Shown one piece after another: positions 10,438 to 20,250 of a DNA stretch of 64,000 bases. The position numbers were made by a program, and so were the translations under genes. The DNA comes from Candidatus Neptunichlamydia sp. GTDB lineage: Bacteria; Chlamydiota; Chlamydiia; Chlamydiales; Simkaniaceae. The notes below the pieces were generated by a model. That model saw nothing but the letters and a program-made list of their open reading frames with translations, did not search any database and had not been told where the DNA came from. Positions within the stretch are counted from its first letter, which is position 1. Each line of letters starts with the position of its first letter. The stretch is taken from positions 1,440,001 to 1,504,000 of the forward strand of contig OZ247587.1 of NCBI GenBank assembly GCA_965233865.1. The letters run 5' to 3'.

Positions 10438-10469
10438 CTCCCCTGCAGTGGATATGCGGGAGTGTTTTT
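10438..10469 (+). terminator. Probable intrinsic terminator after argS
   Basis: CTCCC..GCA / TGCGGGAG imperfect stem followed by TGTTTTT. Confidence 0.4.
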
Positions 10470-10561
10470 AACCAGGGAGTTTATTTACTGAAAAGACAAA
10501 AGCACTTATAAACAAAGAGAGACATAAAATAGAATGTTTGTTTGGGTTTTTTATTTTAGCC

Positions 10562-11506
10562 CTAGGGGCTAATGGGAGTTTTAGAAGTGTTGTGGGGAAT
10601 TTCCTGCACATATGTTGGAATGGCGTAGCCTGGAAGTTCTTTTCTTAGGGTATCGATGAGTTTTTTTCCTTTTTCTATGGAGACTTCAAAGTGCGCTGCT
10701 TGCTCAATCCGGTCAAGTTGATGCAGGTAGTAAGGAATTACACCATTTGAAATGAGAGTCATAAAGAGGGTTTTTAAAGTTTCCACATTGTCATTGATGT
10801 TTTTCAAAAGGACTGTTTGCGTGAGAACAGGAGCTTGGATTTTCTTAAGAGAAGAGAGAACGTCTTGATCAAGCTCTTTTGGGTGGTTTGTATGGAGAAT
10901 AAAAATGACTTGCAGGCGCGTTTCTTCAAGAATTTTTAAGAAAGAAGGGGTGATTCGCTCAGGAATGCCAATGAGGAAACGGGTATGAAAGCGGAGGAGC
11001 TTTAGATGGGGGATTTCGCTTAGGGTTTCGATTAATGCTTTTAAGCGTTCATCAGATAGGGAAAGAGGATCGCCGCCACTTAGAATAATTTCATAAATGG
11101 TAGAATCGTTTCTGATGAGCTCAATTTCCTCAGTATGATCTTTATCCTGCTCATAGGGATAATTTTGTCTGAAGCAAAACCTGCAGTTCATGACACAGGC
11201 GCTGGTGGTAATTAGTAGAGCACGTCCTTGATATTTTTGTAGAAGGCGGGGGCTTTTTTGGAAGGAGAGGTCAGAGACAGGATCAGCTATAAACCCAGGT
11301 GTTTTCAAGGTTTCTTGATGGATTGGTAGAAACTGCATGAGAAGAGGATCATCAAGTCGGCCCTTTTCTACTTTTTCGGCAAGCCTTCTCGGAAAATTCA
11401 AAGGGAACGAGGATTTTAAGATTACACTTGAATCGATCTCTAGAAACTTTGCAAGGTTACTAATCTTTGTAAAGTTAGTTTTTTGAATCTGTCTCCATAT
11501 CTCCAT
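10562..11506 (-). CDS. epmB: KamA-family radical SAM lysine 2,3-aminomutase (EpmB-like)
   Basis: CVMNCRFCFR (CxxxCxxC), ILSGGDPL, RFHTR, YYLHQLD..AAHF. Confidence 0.85.
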   Translation of the reverse strand: MEIWRQIQKTNFTKISNLAKFLEIDSSVILKSSFPLNFPRRLAEKVEKGRLDDPLLMQFLPIHQETLKTPGFIADPVSDLSFQKSPRLLQKYQGRALLITTSACVMNCRFCFRQNYPYEQDKDHTEEIELIRNDSTIYEIILSGGDPLSLSDERLKALIETLSEIPHLKLLRFHTRFLIGIPERITPSFLKILEETRLQVIFILHTNHPKELDQDVLSSLKKIQAPVLTQTVLLKNINDNVETLKTLFMTLISNGVIPYYLHQLDRIEQAAHFEVSIEKGKKLIDTLRKELPGYAIPTYVQEIPHNTSKTPISP

Positions 11507-11530
11507 AGAAACAGTATAGCTGCTTTACTG

Positions 11531-12880
11531 CTAAGTTGCAATCAGGGGCTCAGGGGATATAACCCTTTCAATGTTGGCGCCGAGAGATTGGAGCTTTCCT
11601 TCAAGATTTTCATACCCGCGATCGAGATAAGGAAGTCCTGTTAGGGTGCTTTCTTCAGAGGCAAGAAGTGCCGCCATGACATAAGCAAAGCCTGCTCTGA
11701 GATCAGGTACTTCGATCTCCATCCCCCGGAAATCGGATGGCCCCTTGACGATGAGGCTATGTTGGTAGTTTTGGGAGGTAAAACGGCAGGGGCGGTCCCC
11801 AAGACATTGTGTAAAGCGCTCGACATGAGCACCCATTTTTAGAAGAGTGTCGACATAACCAAAGCGGTTTTCATAGACTGTTTCATGAACAACTGAACTG
11901 CCATGGGCTTGGGTGAGAAGGACGACAAAAGGTTGCTGCCAGTCAGTCAAAAATCCAGGGTGAACGTCGGTTTGGAGATGAAGTCCTCCTTTGAGAGGTC
12001 CTTGATAAAAGAACTCAATGCCACCTTCTTTTACGGCAAAGCCACCATTGATCTGTCTAAGTTTATTGAGAAAGGTGATCATGTGAGATTGCTGCGCTCC
12101 TTCTACAAAAACCCGTCCGCGTGTTGCAATTGCAGCCATTCCAAAGGAAGCGGCTTCAATGCGGTCCGTAATTACTTTGTGTTCGACCTCGTAGAAGGTG
12201 GTTGTTTCTTGGACATAAATGGTTCGATCCATGTCGACATAAATCACAACACCAAGCTTTTGCAAAAAAAGGATTAAGTCCATGACTTCGGGTTCAATGG
12301 CGGCGCCACGAATTGTTGTGCGTCCTTTTGCGCGGCATGCTGCAAGGACTGCATTTTCAGTTGCCATCACAGAAGGGTAGGGTAGTTCAACAATGCTACC
12401 TTTCATCCCTTCAGGAGCATGGGCAAAGTAGGCATGTTCATTTTTTATGGTGCGGTATTCAACAACTGCCCCAAGCTTTTCTAAGGCCATGACATGAAAA
12501 TCTACAGGGCGTTTTCCAATTTTGCACCCTCCAACTGTGGGGACAATAATGTTTTCTCGGGTGCGTCCTAATAAGGATCCCATCATGAGTATTGGAATCC
12601 GGTTGGCTCCAGAAAAGTTCAGGGGGATGTAGGAGGATTTGATCTCCTTTGTGACAACTTCCATCCGCCCATTTTTTCGATCCCATTCCACTTCCATTCC
12701 AATTTCTTTGCAGAGATTGACCGTTGTTTCCACTTCAGAAATATCGGGGACATTTGTGAAGATACACTTCTTATCAGAAAGCAGAGAGGCAACAAGCATC
12801 TTTGTGATCGCATTTTTTGCGCCCGCAGCTTTGACATGCCCTTCTAGAGGTTTTCCACCAGTAATCTTAAATGAGTTCAT
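11531..12880 (-). CDS. murA: UDP-N-acetylglucosamine 1-carboxyvinyltransferase
   Basis: GAKNA, GGCKIGKRPVDFH, SVMATEN, DRIEA, PGFLTDWQ, ETVYENRF, DLRAG, DRGYE. Confidence 0.97.
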   Translation of the reverse strand: MNSFKITGGKPLEGHVKAAGAKNAITKMLVASLLSDKKCIFTNVPDISEVETTVNLCKEIGMEVEWDRKNGRMEVVTKEIKSSYIPLNFSGANRIPILMMGSLLGRTRENIIVPTVGGCKIGKRPVDFHVMALEKLGAVVEYRTIKNEHAYFAHAPEGMKGSIVELPYPSVMATENAVLAACRAKGRTTIRGAAIEPEVMDLILFLQKLGVVIYVDMDRTIYVQETTTFYEVEHKVITDRIEAASFGMAAIATRGRVFVEGAQQSHMITFLNKLRQINGGFAVKEGGIEFFYQGPLKGGLHLQTDVHPGFLTDWQQPFVVLLTQAHGSSVVHETVYENRFGYVDTLLKMGAHVERFTQCLGDRPCRFTSQNYQHSLIVKGPSDFRGMEIEVPDLRAGFAYVMAALLASEESTLTGLPYLDRGYENLEGKLQSLGANIERVISPEPLIAT

Positions 12881-12890
12881 ACGACTTGCA

Positions 12891-13829
12891 TCATAACAAC
12901 TTCAGTTGTTTCTGAAACGTGATTTCTTTTCCAACTTGTAAATAGTTTGGAAGGACGCCTTTATTTCCTTTTTCATAAGACAAGCTTTTCCCAAGTGTTA
13001 ATGCGAGCCAACCCATTGTTTTTCTTAGGTTAATTTCAACGATGGGATGAAGTTTTTGGTTGTAAACCATTGCATCGATTCCCAAGTTACCTCGAAAACC
13101 CATCTCAAACAGTCGTTTCAAAGGGATTTGCGCAACTTCGAAATGCTCCTTTAAAAAGGGGATTTCTTTTCCGATGTAGGTTTTGTTGTATGCACCCCAC
13201 TCAGTGTTTTCCATTACAGTAGATCCTAAGTAAGTGATCTCATCACTTAACATCCATTGCGTACTAAAATCCATTTCACGTTTCACCCAGGGCTCTCCAA
13301 TCAATAGATGGCCTTTTTCAAACTCTTTGAAAGCCTCTGGTGGAAGATCGTTTTCTTTTTGCAGTATCCACCGTCCCCGTCCTGCAAAACCAAAACAGGT
13401 TTTCACCACTTTGGGGTACGGACCTTCACGAAGCCACTTCTTCACTTCTTGTGGATGATGTAAAAGTTTTGCTCCAGGAAGCGAAGGGCTATGTGTGAAG
13501 GCAAAAGTTTTAGATGCCATTTCTCGTAAATGCTCAGGAACATGGTGGGGAAGAGAGGCCCATTTTTGGACGGCTTTTGACCATCCCCACGTTTCAATTT
13601 GGTCATATCCATCGACCGGATCGTCAAAAAGATGAACATTCAAATGTCTTGGCACTTCTGGAGGTAGGTGACTCACAACCACTCCGTCGCCGTCTTTAGC
13701 ATAAAGGAAAGGGAGAAACTGAAGCTGCAAAAAATTTGGATGAACCATGAAAGATTCTTTCAGTCCAAGAGAGGAATGGGTTTCAAGTTCCCATTCAAAA
13801 TTGACATTGCAGATATGGAGTGTCTTCAC
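12891..13829 (-). CDS. ATP-grasp-fold hypothetical protein
   Basis: KTCFGFAGRG, EPWVKREMDFS, GFRGNLGIDAM and VEINLR are ATP-grasp-like motifs. Confidence 0.65.
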   Translation of the reverse strand: MKTLHICNVNFEWELETHSSLGLKESFMVHPNFLQLQFLPFLYAKDGDGVVVSHLPPEVPRHLNVHLFDDPVDGYDQIETWGWSKAVQKWASLPHHVPEHLREMASKTFAFTHSPSLPGAKLLHHPQEVKKWLREGPYPKVVKTCFGFAGRGRWILQKENDLPPEAFKEFEKGHLLIGEPWVKREMDFSTQWMLSDEITYLGSTVMENTEWGAYNKTYIGKEIPFLKEHFEVAQIPLKRLFEMGFRGNLGIDAMVYNQKLHPIVEINLRKTMGWLALTLGKSLSYEKGNKGVLPNYLQVGKEITFQKQLKLL

Positions 13830-13844
13830 TTATAATCTCCTGCT

Positions 13845-14339
13845 ATGAGATACCGTACAGGAATAGGCCAAGATAGTCACCGGTTTTTACAAGATGGAAC
13901 AGAAAAAAAGTGCATCATCGCTGGACTTTCTTTCGAAGGGGCTCCGGGGCTCGATGCTGATTCCGATGGAGATGTTGTGTTCCACGCTATTTGCAATGCC
14001 ATCACCTCCCTGACTCATGTTCCAATCCTTGGGGGAATCGCGATCGATCTCTGCAGAAATCAAGGGATAACCGATAGTCGGGTTTTTTTAGACAAAGCTA
14101 TAGAAACCCTTGGCGACCAAATTATTGAACATGTAGCTCTTACCATTGAGGGAAAACGCCCCAAGTTTCAAAAACGGGCTGATGACATTCGCAGTAGCGT
14201 TGCCAGTGCGTTGTCAGTCAATATGAATCAGGTTGGAATCACATTCACTTCAGGCGATGGCCTTACTGCTTTTGGGAAAGGTGAAGGAATGATGTGTTAC
14301 TGCATCCTTACAACCCATACCATGCCTATAAAGACTTGA
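13845..14339 (+). CDS. ispF: 2-C-methyl-D-erythritol 2,4-cyclodiphosphate synthase
   Basis: RTGIGQDSHRF, SDGDVVFHAICNA, GLTAFGKGEG. Confidence 0.95.
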   Translation: MRYRTGIGQDSHRFLQDGTEKKCIIAGLSFEGAPGLDADSDGDVVFHAICNAITSLTHVPILGGIAIDLCRNQGITDSRVFLDKAIETLGDQIIEHVALTIEGKRPKFQKRADDIRSSVASALSVNMNQVGITFTSGDGLTAFGKGEGMMCYCILTTHTMPIKT

Positions 14340-14364
14340 TAAACAAGTCGAGCCTTGGTAGCTT
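14336..14364 (+). promoter_or_regulatory. Candidate promoter for the Rhs gene
   Basis: TTGATA-N17-TAGCTT with TG before the -10, 30 bp upstream of the ATG. Confidence 0.3.
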
Positions 14365-14394
14365 CGTTTATTTCAAAGACTCATTTGAGGCAAT

Positions 14395-17300
14395 ATGCGG
14401 TTTGTCTTAGGTTTAATTTTCTGTTTTCAATCTCTGTTTATCTTTGCCGAAGATTACTCAGGGGATAACGTTGTTCTTTCTACTCCTGGGCAAATTGCAA
14501 CTCTGCATGCTTCGTTAAATGATCTTGTTGGGGGTCTGATCAGTCCTTTGAGTGGGCAGCTTGCTTTAAAAAAAACAGATCTTGTGATTAAAGGGGCTCA
14601 GAGTCTCTACTTAAATCATCTGTACATTCCTCCGTGTATCCCTAGCTCTTTTCCTCAGCACAAAAAACAGCAAACCGAATGGAATCGTTTTTATTTAGCA
14701 CAGCACCTTGTAAGCTCTTATAAAGGGTGGACCTACCTTCCACACCTTTGTCTGCAATACTTTCCAGCTTCTGGCGATATCTATTTATCAGATCCAAGTG
14801 GAGCGACCTTAAATTTTCGTTTATCTGGTAATGGCACGCATCTTGTTTCAGATTCTTATGCGATTAGCAATGTTTCGGGGGACGTGCCGAGTGGAAAAAA
14901 CGATCCAAGAAATACGCGCATTGTTTGCGATAGAGCCTCTGGTACGATCCATGTATCTTCTCCCGATGGGAGCACAAGATTCTATGGAGATAGCTACAGA
15001 AACTCCTCGGGAAGGACGATTTTTCTTTTGTTAAAAGAAAGACTTCCCAATGGAAAAATCCTTCGTTATCTGTATCATAAAAAACAGCTAATTTCTATAG
15101 AAGCAAAAGACCCAGAGGAACGCTTTACCTACGCAAAAATTCATGTTGAAAATGGTCTTACTCTAAGTGGTGGATCAATGGCTTTTCGAGCGTCCTCTGG
15201 CGTCAGTGCGCAGCATGTTCATACCCGCCGCTCTCTTCCCGCTAAACTAAAGGAGAACCCTTTCACTGGAGAGAGTGCAAAGCACTTTGAGTGGGATCCT
15301 ATTTTACCCGCTCTTTTAACCGAGGTAAGCAGTCCTTTTTTTCAAGAAGAAATCCTGTCTTACGACAAGCATTTCTTGCTGACAGATTATTCTGGTAAGG
15401 ACAACCTTTTTATGTGTTCTTATGGAAGTTATGGCTCCCAGAACGAGCATTTTAGGGTACAAACCCTTAGTTTTGCGATGGGCCCGAATGAAACCTTTCA
15501 ACCCGTTTATACTCTCAGCTATGATCCTCCTATTCCTGGTCAGCGTTTTGGCTACACAGTCGTAAATAACCCCGATGGTACATTTACACGTTACAATTTT
15601 TCAGAAAATCTTTTGATAACCTCTATTCAGTGGCTTGACGAAAAAAGTGTTTTGAAAAAACAAAAAACTTTTAATTGGACAGATCAACATTACCTATCTG
15701 CTATCGAAATCAAAGATAGAAATGGTTTAGCTATTCATCGAAAAACGTTTGAGTATGATCCGTTTGGAAATCCTATTGTTGAAACACTCCAAGGAAACCT
15801 TACAGGGAGAGAAGAAGACGAAACTTACATGATCAAGAGAGAGTTTTCTCAAGATGGGAGAAATCTCTTGCTTAAAGAAGTCACTGAAGAAGGGAAAGCC
15901 ACCACCTGGGAATATCTTCCTGAAACAAATCTCGTCACAGCAAAGCTGATCAAAGATCACAATCACATTTTTCAAAGGGAATTTCATATCTACGATGACT
16001 GCCATAACTTAATTCGTGTCATTCATGATGATGGTAGCGGAAAAGATCCTACTGATCTATCAGCAGTGAGTCAAAGAACCATCAAAGAATATCACCTTAG
16101 ACAGAAAGATCCTTTCCTCCATTTACCTGAATGGATAGAGGAGAGGTATTGGGATCAAGGGGAAGAAAAGCTCTTAAGACAGGGACACTTTGTATATGAT
16201 GTCCATGGAAATATCAAAGAAGAGCATGTTTATGGAAGTGATCGTAAATTTGCGTATACCATACGACGATCCTATAATGAGCGTGGAGACGTTCTCTCTG
16301 AAACTAATGCACTTGGAGATCAAGCTTCCTATATTTATGATGCAAAAGGACGCCTCACCTCTAAAAATACCTTTTCTGGAAGGCTCCATACGACCTTTGT
16401 GTATGATAAACAGGGGAGACTGAAACAAAAAGAAGAGGAAGGAGAAGGGCTTAAGCATGTTGATTTATACAAATATGACTTTCTTGATCGTCTGACTGGC
16501 AAGATTGATCCTTTTAAAAACCTCACTTCTTACATGTACGATCCTCTTACAGATCGTGTGATCCAAACAATATTTCCCTGTATTGAATCTATTCAAGGCG
16601 GATCTTCTGTTGTGCAGACCCATGCTAGCCACGATGTTTTGGGTCATTGTCTTACACAAACAGATACGAATGGAAACGTGACAAAGTACAAGCGCAATAT
16701 CTACGGATCTCCTTTTCATAAGATTTACCCCGATGGGGCTAAAGAACATTCCCGCTATACACAAAGTGGACAGTTAGCTTCCCATACAAATCTTGATGGA
16801 TTAACTACCCACTACAAGCGCGATGTTTTAGGACGGACCCTTTCCAAAAAGTATGCGGATCGATCTGGGGAAAGGGTTGCTGAGGAGACGTTTACCTACA
16901 ATGGCTTTAATCTCTTAACCCATACAAACAAAGCAGGACACACAAAAAAATATGTTTATGATGGGGCTGGCCGTAAAATTCGTGAAGAGTATCGTGGTCG
17001 GGTGACTCGATTCACGTATAATCCTCTAGGGTTTTTAGAAAAAACTATCTATGAAAATGGCTTCAACACCCTCATTGTTGCTTATTCAAGGGATCATCTT
17101 GGACGCATTTTAAAAGAGGAAAAACGGGATAGCTCTGGAAACGTTCTGCATAGAAAGGGATATACCTACGATGCAGATGGAAATCAAAAGACCCTTTCAC
17201 GCTTCATCCACGGCAAGGAAGCAGTAGAATCATTTGATTATGATCCCATTGGTCGTATGCTTTCTTATACCGATGCACTCGAGCATGTGACGACTAAGGC

Positions 17301-19512
17301 ATATAACGAAGATTACATGAACGCCATTGGGCAACAAGTTCTCCAGTTGACAACCAGAGACCCCCTCCAAACCTCAAAAGAGACAACTTACGATGCCTTT
17401 GGCAGAGCTATACAGGAAACAACATTTCATCCTCATGGGCAACCCGTTGCTCAATATAAAAACATCTATAACCCATCTGGTAACCTGACTTACCGCATAG
17501 ATGATATCTATCATGGTGTTGACCATATGGGGACTCAAGCGATTCAGCATACCTATAATCCTAGGGGACAAATTGCAAGCACCACCCGAGGATACGGCTC
17601 AAGCAATCCCAGACTGACATCTTATCACTATACTCATGAAGGAAGGCTTGGTACAAAAACAAATCCTGACCAAATTTCATTGGTTTATGAATACGATTCC
17701 TTGGGGTTTTTAGCCTCTATTAACTCTTCAGATCACCAAATTGATCATCGCTTTGAATACGACAAAGAAGGCTACCTTTTGTCTGCAACAGATGAGAGAT
17801 TTGGGCTTACCATCAAACGAGAGTGGGACCCATTTGGAAACATCATCAAGGAGACCTTTCCAAATGGGCTAGCGGTGGAAAAAGACCACGACGCTTTAGA
17901 TAGAGCGACTATTTTTAGGTTGGACGGGGTAGGAGAGATCCATTATAGATATGATCCTCTTTTTCTAAGAGAAGTCACACGATCGTCCGTTGAGGGAATC
18001 ACTCTGTATTCTCATCAATATGATTCCTATGATCAAAATGGAAATATCCTCTCAGAGAAGTGCATCTATGGCTTAGGGTTTATCAGCCATTGCTGGGATC
18101 TTAAAGGGAGAAGGGTGGGGATGACTAGCCCCTATTTAATCGAAACAGCTTTGTATGATCCCTGCGATAACCTGCAGAACAAAGTCACAGATAATCAAAC
18201 ATATGAGTATTCCTACGATGCACTTTATCAACTCACCTCTGAAAAAGGAGAAGAGTTATTTACTGCTCATCAATATGATTCGCTGCGAAACATCCTTGAA
18301 AAAGATGATCAAGTTGTACAAACCAATCCTCTCAATGAACTCCTCTCTATGGGAAAGACTAGGTGTGAGTATGACCTAAATGGGAGGCAGACTCTCAAGC
18401 AATCCCCTGAGGGAGAGTTAGCCTTTACTTACGATCCCCTTAATCGATTGACATCTGCTTCTGGGAAAGATTTCGCGGTGTCTTTTTTATACGACCCCTT
18501 GGGCAGAAGGCTTTCCAAAAAAATAGAAAAGCACGGTTTTTTCGGAACATCAGAGTCTACAGAGCACTACCTATACGACGGAGAAGAAGAAATAGGAGCC
18601 GTGACAGATAGAGGAAAACTCAAAAATCTTAAGGTGCTAGGAGCTTCCTCCTATCAAAGCGTGCGTCAACCGATAGCAATTGAACTAGGCGGACAGGTTT
18701 TTGCCCCCATTTTGGACATGCAAAGTAACGTCAGAAAACTGGTTGATCCGTGCAGAAACATGCATGCAGCTTACCGCTACAGCGCATTTGGTGAGGAGCA
18801 AAAGACTCCCGACCCATCAAATCCTTGGCGTTATTTTTCTAAAAGGATAGATCCCGAAACAGGGTTGATTGACTTTGGAAAGCGTTACTACGACCCGCAG
18901 CTGTCCAGATGGTTAACTCTTGATCCCGCAGGATTCCAAGATAGCATCAACCCCTACCAATATGCCCTGAATAACCCATTTAAATACTATGACCCCAACG
19001 GAGAAACCCTCGTGGGTTTTCTTGGTGGTATTGCTCAGATTTTAGCTGGGGGAGCCATTATGGCTTCTGGTGTAGCCATTGAAGTCGCAACCTTCGGAGG
19101 GTATACGTTTGCTCTGGGATTCCATGAAGCTGCAGGGCTCGCTTTGATGACTACTGGATGTACTCAGGCGATGTATCATGCCAAAGATCTTTCTATGCCC
19201 AGTAGGTCTTCTAAAATCCAACCCATAGCTAGTTGGGACATGTATGAAGGCGTTAGAGACTTTAGTATAGATGCGCATGGAAACCTCATTTATATGTCCA
19301 AAGATAAAAAGCATACTCCGGGGCAGGAAGCACTAAGTGATTTAGTAAAAGAAAAGGGGAAAAAAGGAGTAACAAATGCTGAAGCAGACACACTACTTGA
19401 TTGGGCGGAAGAGTATGATTTTCCACGTAGAGACGATAGAGGTAAACCGATTCATTGGGAAGGAGGTGAACATATTCACTTGGGTCCAAAACATGTTAAA
19501 GTGTACGATTAA
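14395..19512 (+). CDS. Rhs/YD-repeat polymorphic toxin with N-terminal signal peptide and variable C-terminal domain
   Basis: MRFVLGLIFCFQSLFIFA signal-like N-terminus; many YDxxGR repeats; core end RYYDPQLSRWLTLDPAG...NPFKYYDPNG; then a hydrophobic segment and a His-rich tip (HWEGGEHIHLGPKH). Confidence 0.93.
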   Translation: MRFVLGLIFCFQSLFIFAEDYSGDNVVLSTPGQIATLHASLNDLVGGLISPLSGQLALKKTDLVIKGAQSLYLNHLYIPPCIPSSFPQHKKQQTEWNRFYLAQHLVSSYKGWTYLPHLCLQYFPASGDIYLSDPSGATLNFRLSGNGTHLVSDSYAISNVSGDVPSGKNDPRNTRIVCDRASGTIHVSSPDGSTRFYGDSYRNSSGRTIFLLLKERLPNGKILRYLYHKKQLISIEAKDPEERFTYAKIHVENGLTLSGGSMAFRASSGVSAQHVHTRRSLPAKLKENPFTGESAKHFEWDPILPALLTEVSSPFFQEEILSYDKHFLLTDYSGKDNLFMCSYGSYGSQNEHFRVQTLSFAMGPNETFQPVYTLSYDPPIPGQRFGYTVVNNPDGTFTRYNFSENLLITSIQWLDEKSVLKKQKTFNWTDQHYLSAIEIKDRNGLAIHRKTFEYDPFGNPIVETLQGNLTGREEDETYMIKREFSQDGRNLLLKEVTEEGKATTWEYLPETNLVTAKLIKDHNHIFQREFHIYDDCHNLIRVIHDDGSGKDPTDLSAVSQRTIKEYHLRQKDPFLHLPEWIEERYWDQGEEKLLRQGHFVYDVHGNIKEEHVYGSDRKFAYTIRRSYNERGDVLSETNALGDQASYIYDAKGRLTSKNTFSGRLHTTFVYDKQGRLKQKEEEGEGLKHVDLYKYDFLDRLTGKIDPFKNLTSYMYDPLTDRVIQTIFPCIESIQGGSSVVQTHASHDVLGHCLTQTDTNGNVTKYKRNIYGSPFHKIYPDGAKEHSRYTQSGQLASHTNLDGLTTHYKRDVLGRTLSKKYADRSGERVAEETFTYNGFNLLTHTNKAGHTKKYVYDGAGRKIREEYRGRVTRFTYNPLGFLEKTIYENGFNTLIVAYSRDHLGRILKEEKRDSSGNVLHRKGYTYDADGNQKTLSRFIHGKEAVESFDYDPIGRMLSYTDALEHVTTKAYNEDYMNAIGQQVLQLTTRDPLQTSKETTYDAFGRAIQETTFHPHGQPVAQYKNIYNPSGNLTYRIDDIYHGVDHMGTQAIQHTYNPRGQIASTTRGYGSSNPRLTSYHYTHEGRLGTKTNPDQISLVYEYDSLGFLASINSSDHQIDHRFEYDKEGYLLSATDERFGLTIKREWDPFGNIIKETFPNGLAVEKDHDALDRATIFRLDGVGEIHYRYDPLFLREVTRSSVEGITLYSHQYDSYDQNGNILSEKCIYGLGFISHCWDLKGRRVGMTSPYLIETALYDPCDNLQNKVTDNQTYEYSYDALYQLTSEKGEELFTAHQYDSLRNILEKDDQVVQTNPLNELLSMGKTRCEYDLNGRQTLKQSPEGELAFTYDPLNRLTSASGKDFAVSFLYDPLGRRLSKKIEKHGFFGTSESTEHYLYDGEEEIGAVTDRGKLKNLKVLGASSYQSVRQPIAIELGGQVFAPILDMQSNVRKLVDPCRNMHAAYRYSAFGEEQKTPDPSNPWRYFSKRIDPETGLIDFGKRYYDPQLSRWLTLDPAGFQDSINPYQYALNNPFKYYDPNGETLVGFLGGIAQILAGGAIMASGVAIEVATFGGYTFALGFHEAAGLALMTTGCTQAMYHAKDLSMPSRSSKIQPIASWDMYEGVRDFSIDAHGNLIYMSKDKKHTPGQEALSDLVKEKGKKGVTNAEADTLLDWAEEYDFPRRDDRGKPIHWEGGEHIHLGPKHVKVYD
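19050..19199 (+). repeat. 150-bp anchor repeat, copy 1 (inside Rhs, after DPNG)
   Basis: Identical to 20101-20250; degenerate copy at about 21104-21249. Confidence 0.95.
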
Positions 19513-19520
19513 AGGATTTG

Positions 19521-20096
19521 ATGATGCATAGTCTTGTTTTAATAGAAAAGTACCTTTCGTCTAGTTTGTTTTGGTCTAACTTAGTAAGGGATAAAAGAAT
19601 TACAGAACTCTCCGTTGAGCAAGTGTTAGACAAGTATCAAGGCTTCGAAGGGGATTTTGTTTGTTATTTTCAAATTAATAAAAATATCGATCTATTTCAA
19701 ATAAAAATTAGCGAGTGTCTAAGATTGAAATCTCTAGGAGGGTGCCTTTTATTACATGTTATTTCTAGTCCAGATTCTATGCCTTCTTTGTTAGAAAATC
19801 AAACGACTAAAATAGGATATGATGTTGGAGTTTGTGATGAAGAAAAGACCGTTTATTCTTCCATCTTTCATGAAATATTGTTTGGACATCTTGATGAATT
19901 GGTCGATTACAAAAGAATATTAAACGAAAACTTACTGTTTCCTGATAGATCTTTAGCTGAGAAATACGTTAAACTGCACGACCAGATGTCAGCTGAAGGG
20001 GAAAGTGTAGAGGATTACGAAAAAATGACGATTTACGAGGTTTGGAAACAAAAAGATTTAACCAGTTCGCCGTATACTAAGATTAGTAAATCATAA
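19521..20096 (+). CDS. Putative immunity protein for the Rhs C-terminal toxin
   Basis: Starts within 10 bp of the Rhs stop, AT-rich, no recognisable housekeeping motif. Confidence 0.7.
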   Translation: MMHSLVLIEKYLSSSLFWSNLVRDKRITELSVEQVLDKYQGFEGDFVCYFQINKNIDLFQIKISECLRLKSLGGCLLLHVISSPDSMPSLLENQTTKIGYDVGVCDEEKTVYSSIFHEILFGHLDELVDYKRILNENLLFPDRSLAEKYVKLHDQMSAEGESVEDYEKMTIYEVWKQKDLTSSPYTKISKS

Positions 20097-20100
20097 GCTA

Positions 20101-20250
20101 GGGAGCCATTATGGCTTCTGGTGTAGCCATTGAAGTCGCAACCTTCGGAGGGTATACGTTTGCTCTGGGATTCCATGAAGCTGCAGGGCTCGCTTTGATG
20201 ACTACTGGATGTACTCAGGCGATGTATCATGCCAAAGATCTTTCTATGCC
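20101..20250 (+). repeat. 150-bp anchor repeat, copy 2
   Basis: Exact match to 19050-19199. Confidence 0.95.

Noticed and set aside
19042..20230. Minus-strand ORFs 19042-19314 and 20033-20230 sharing sequence
   Set aside because: Antisense readings of the 150-bp anchor repeat
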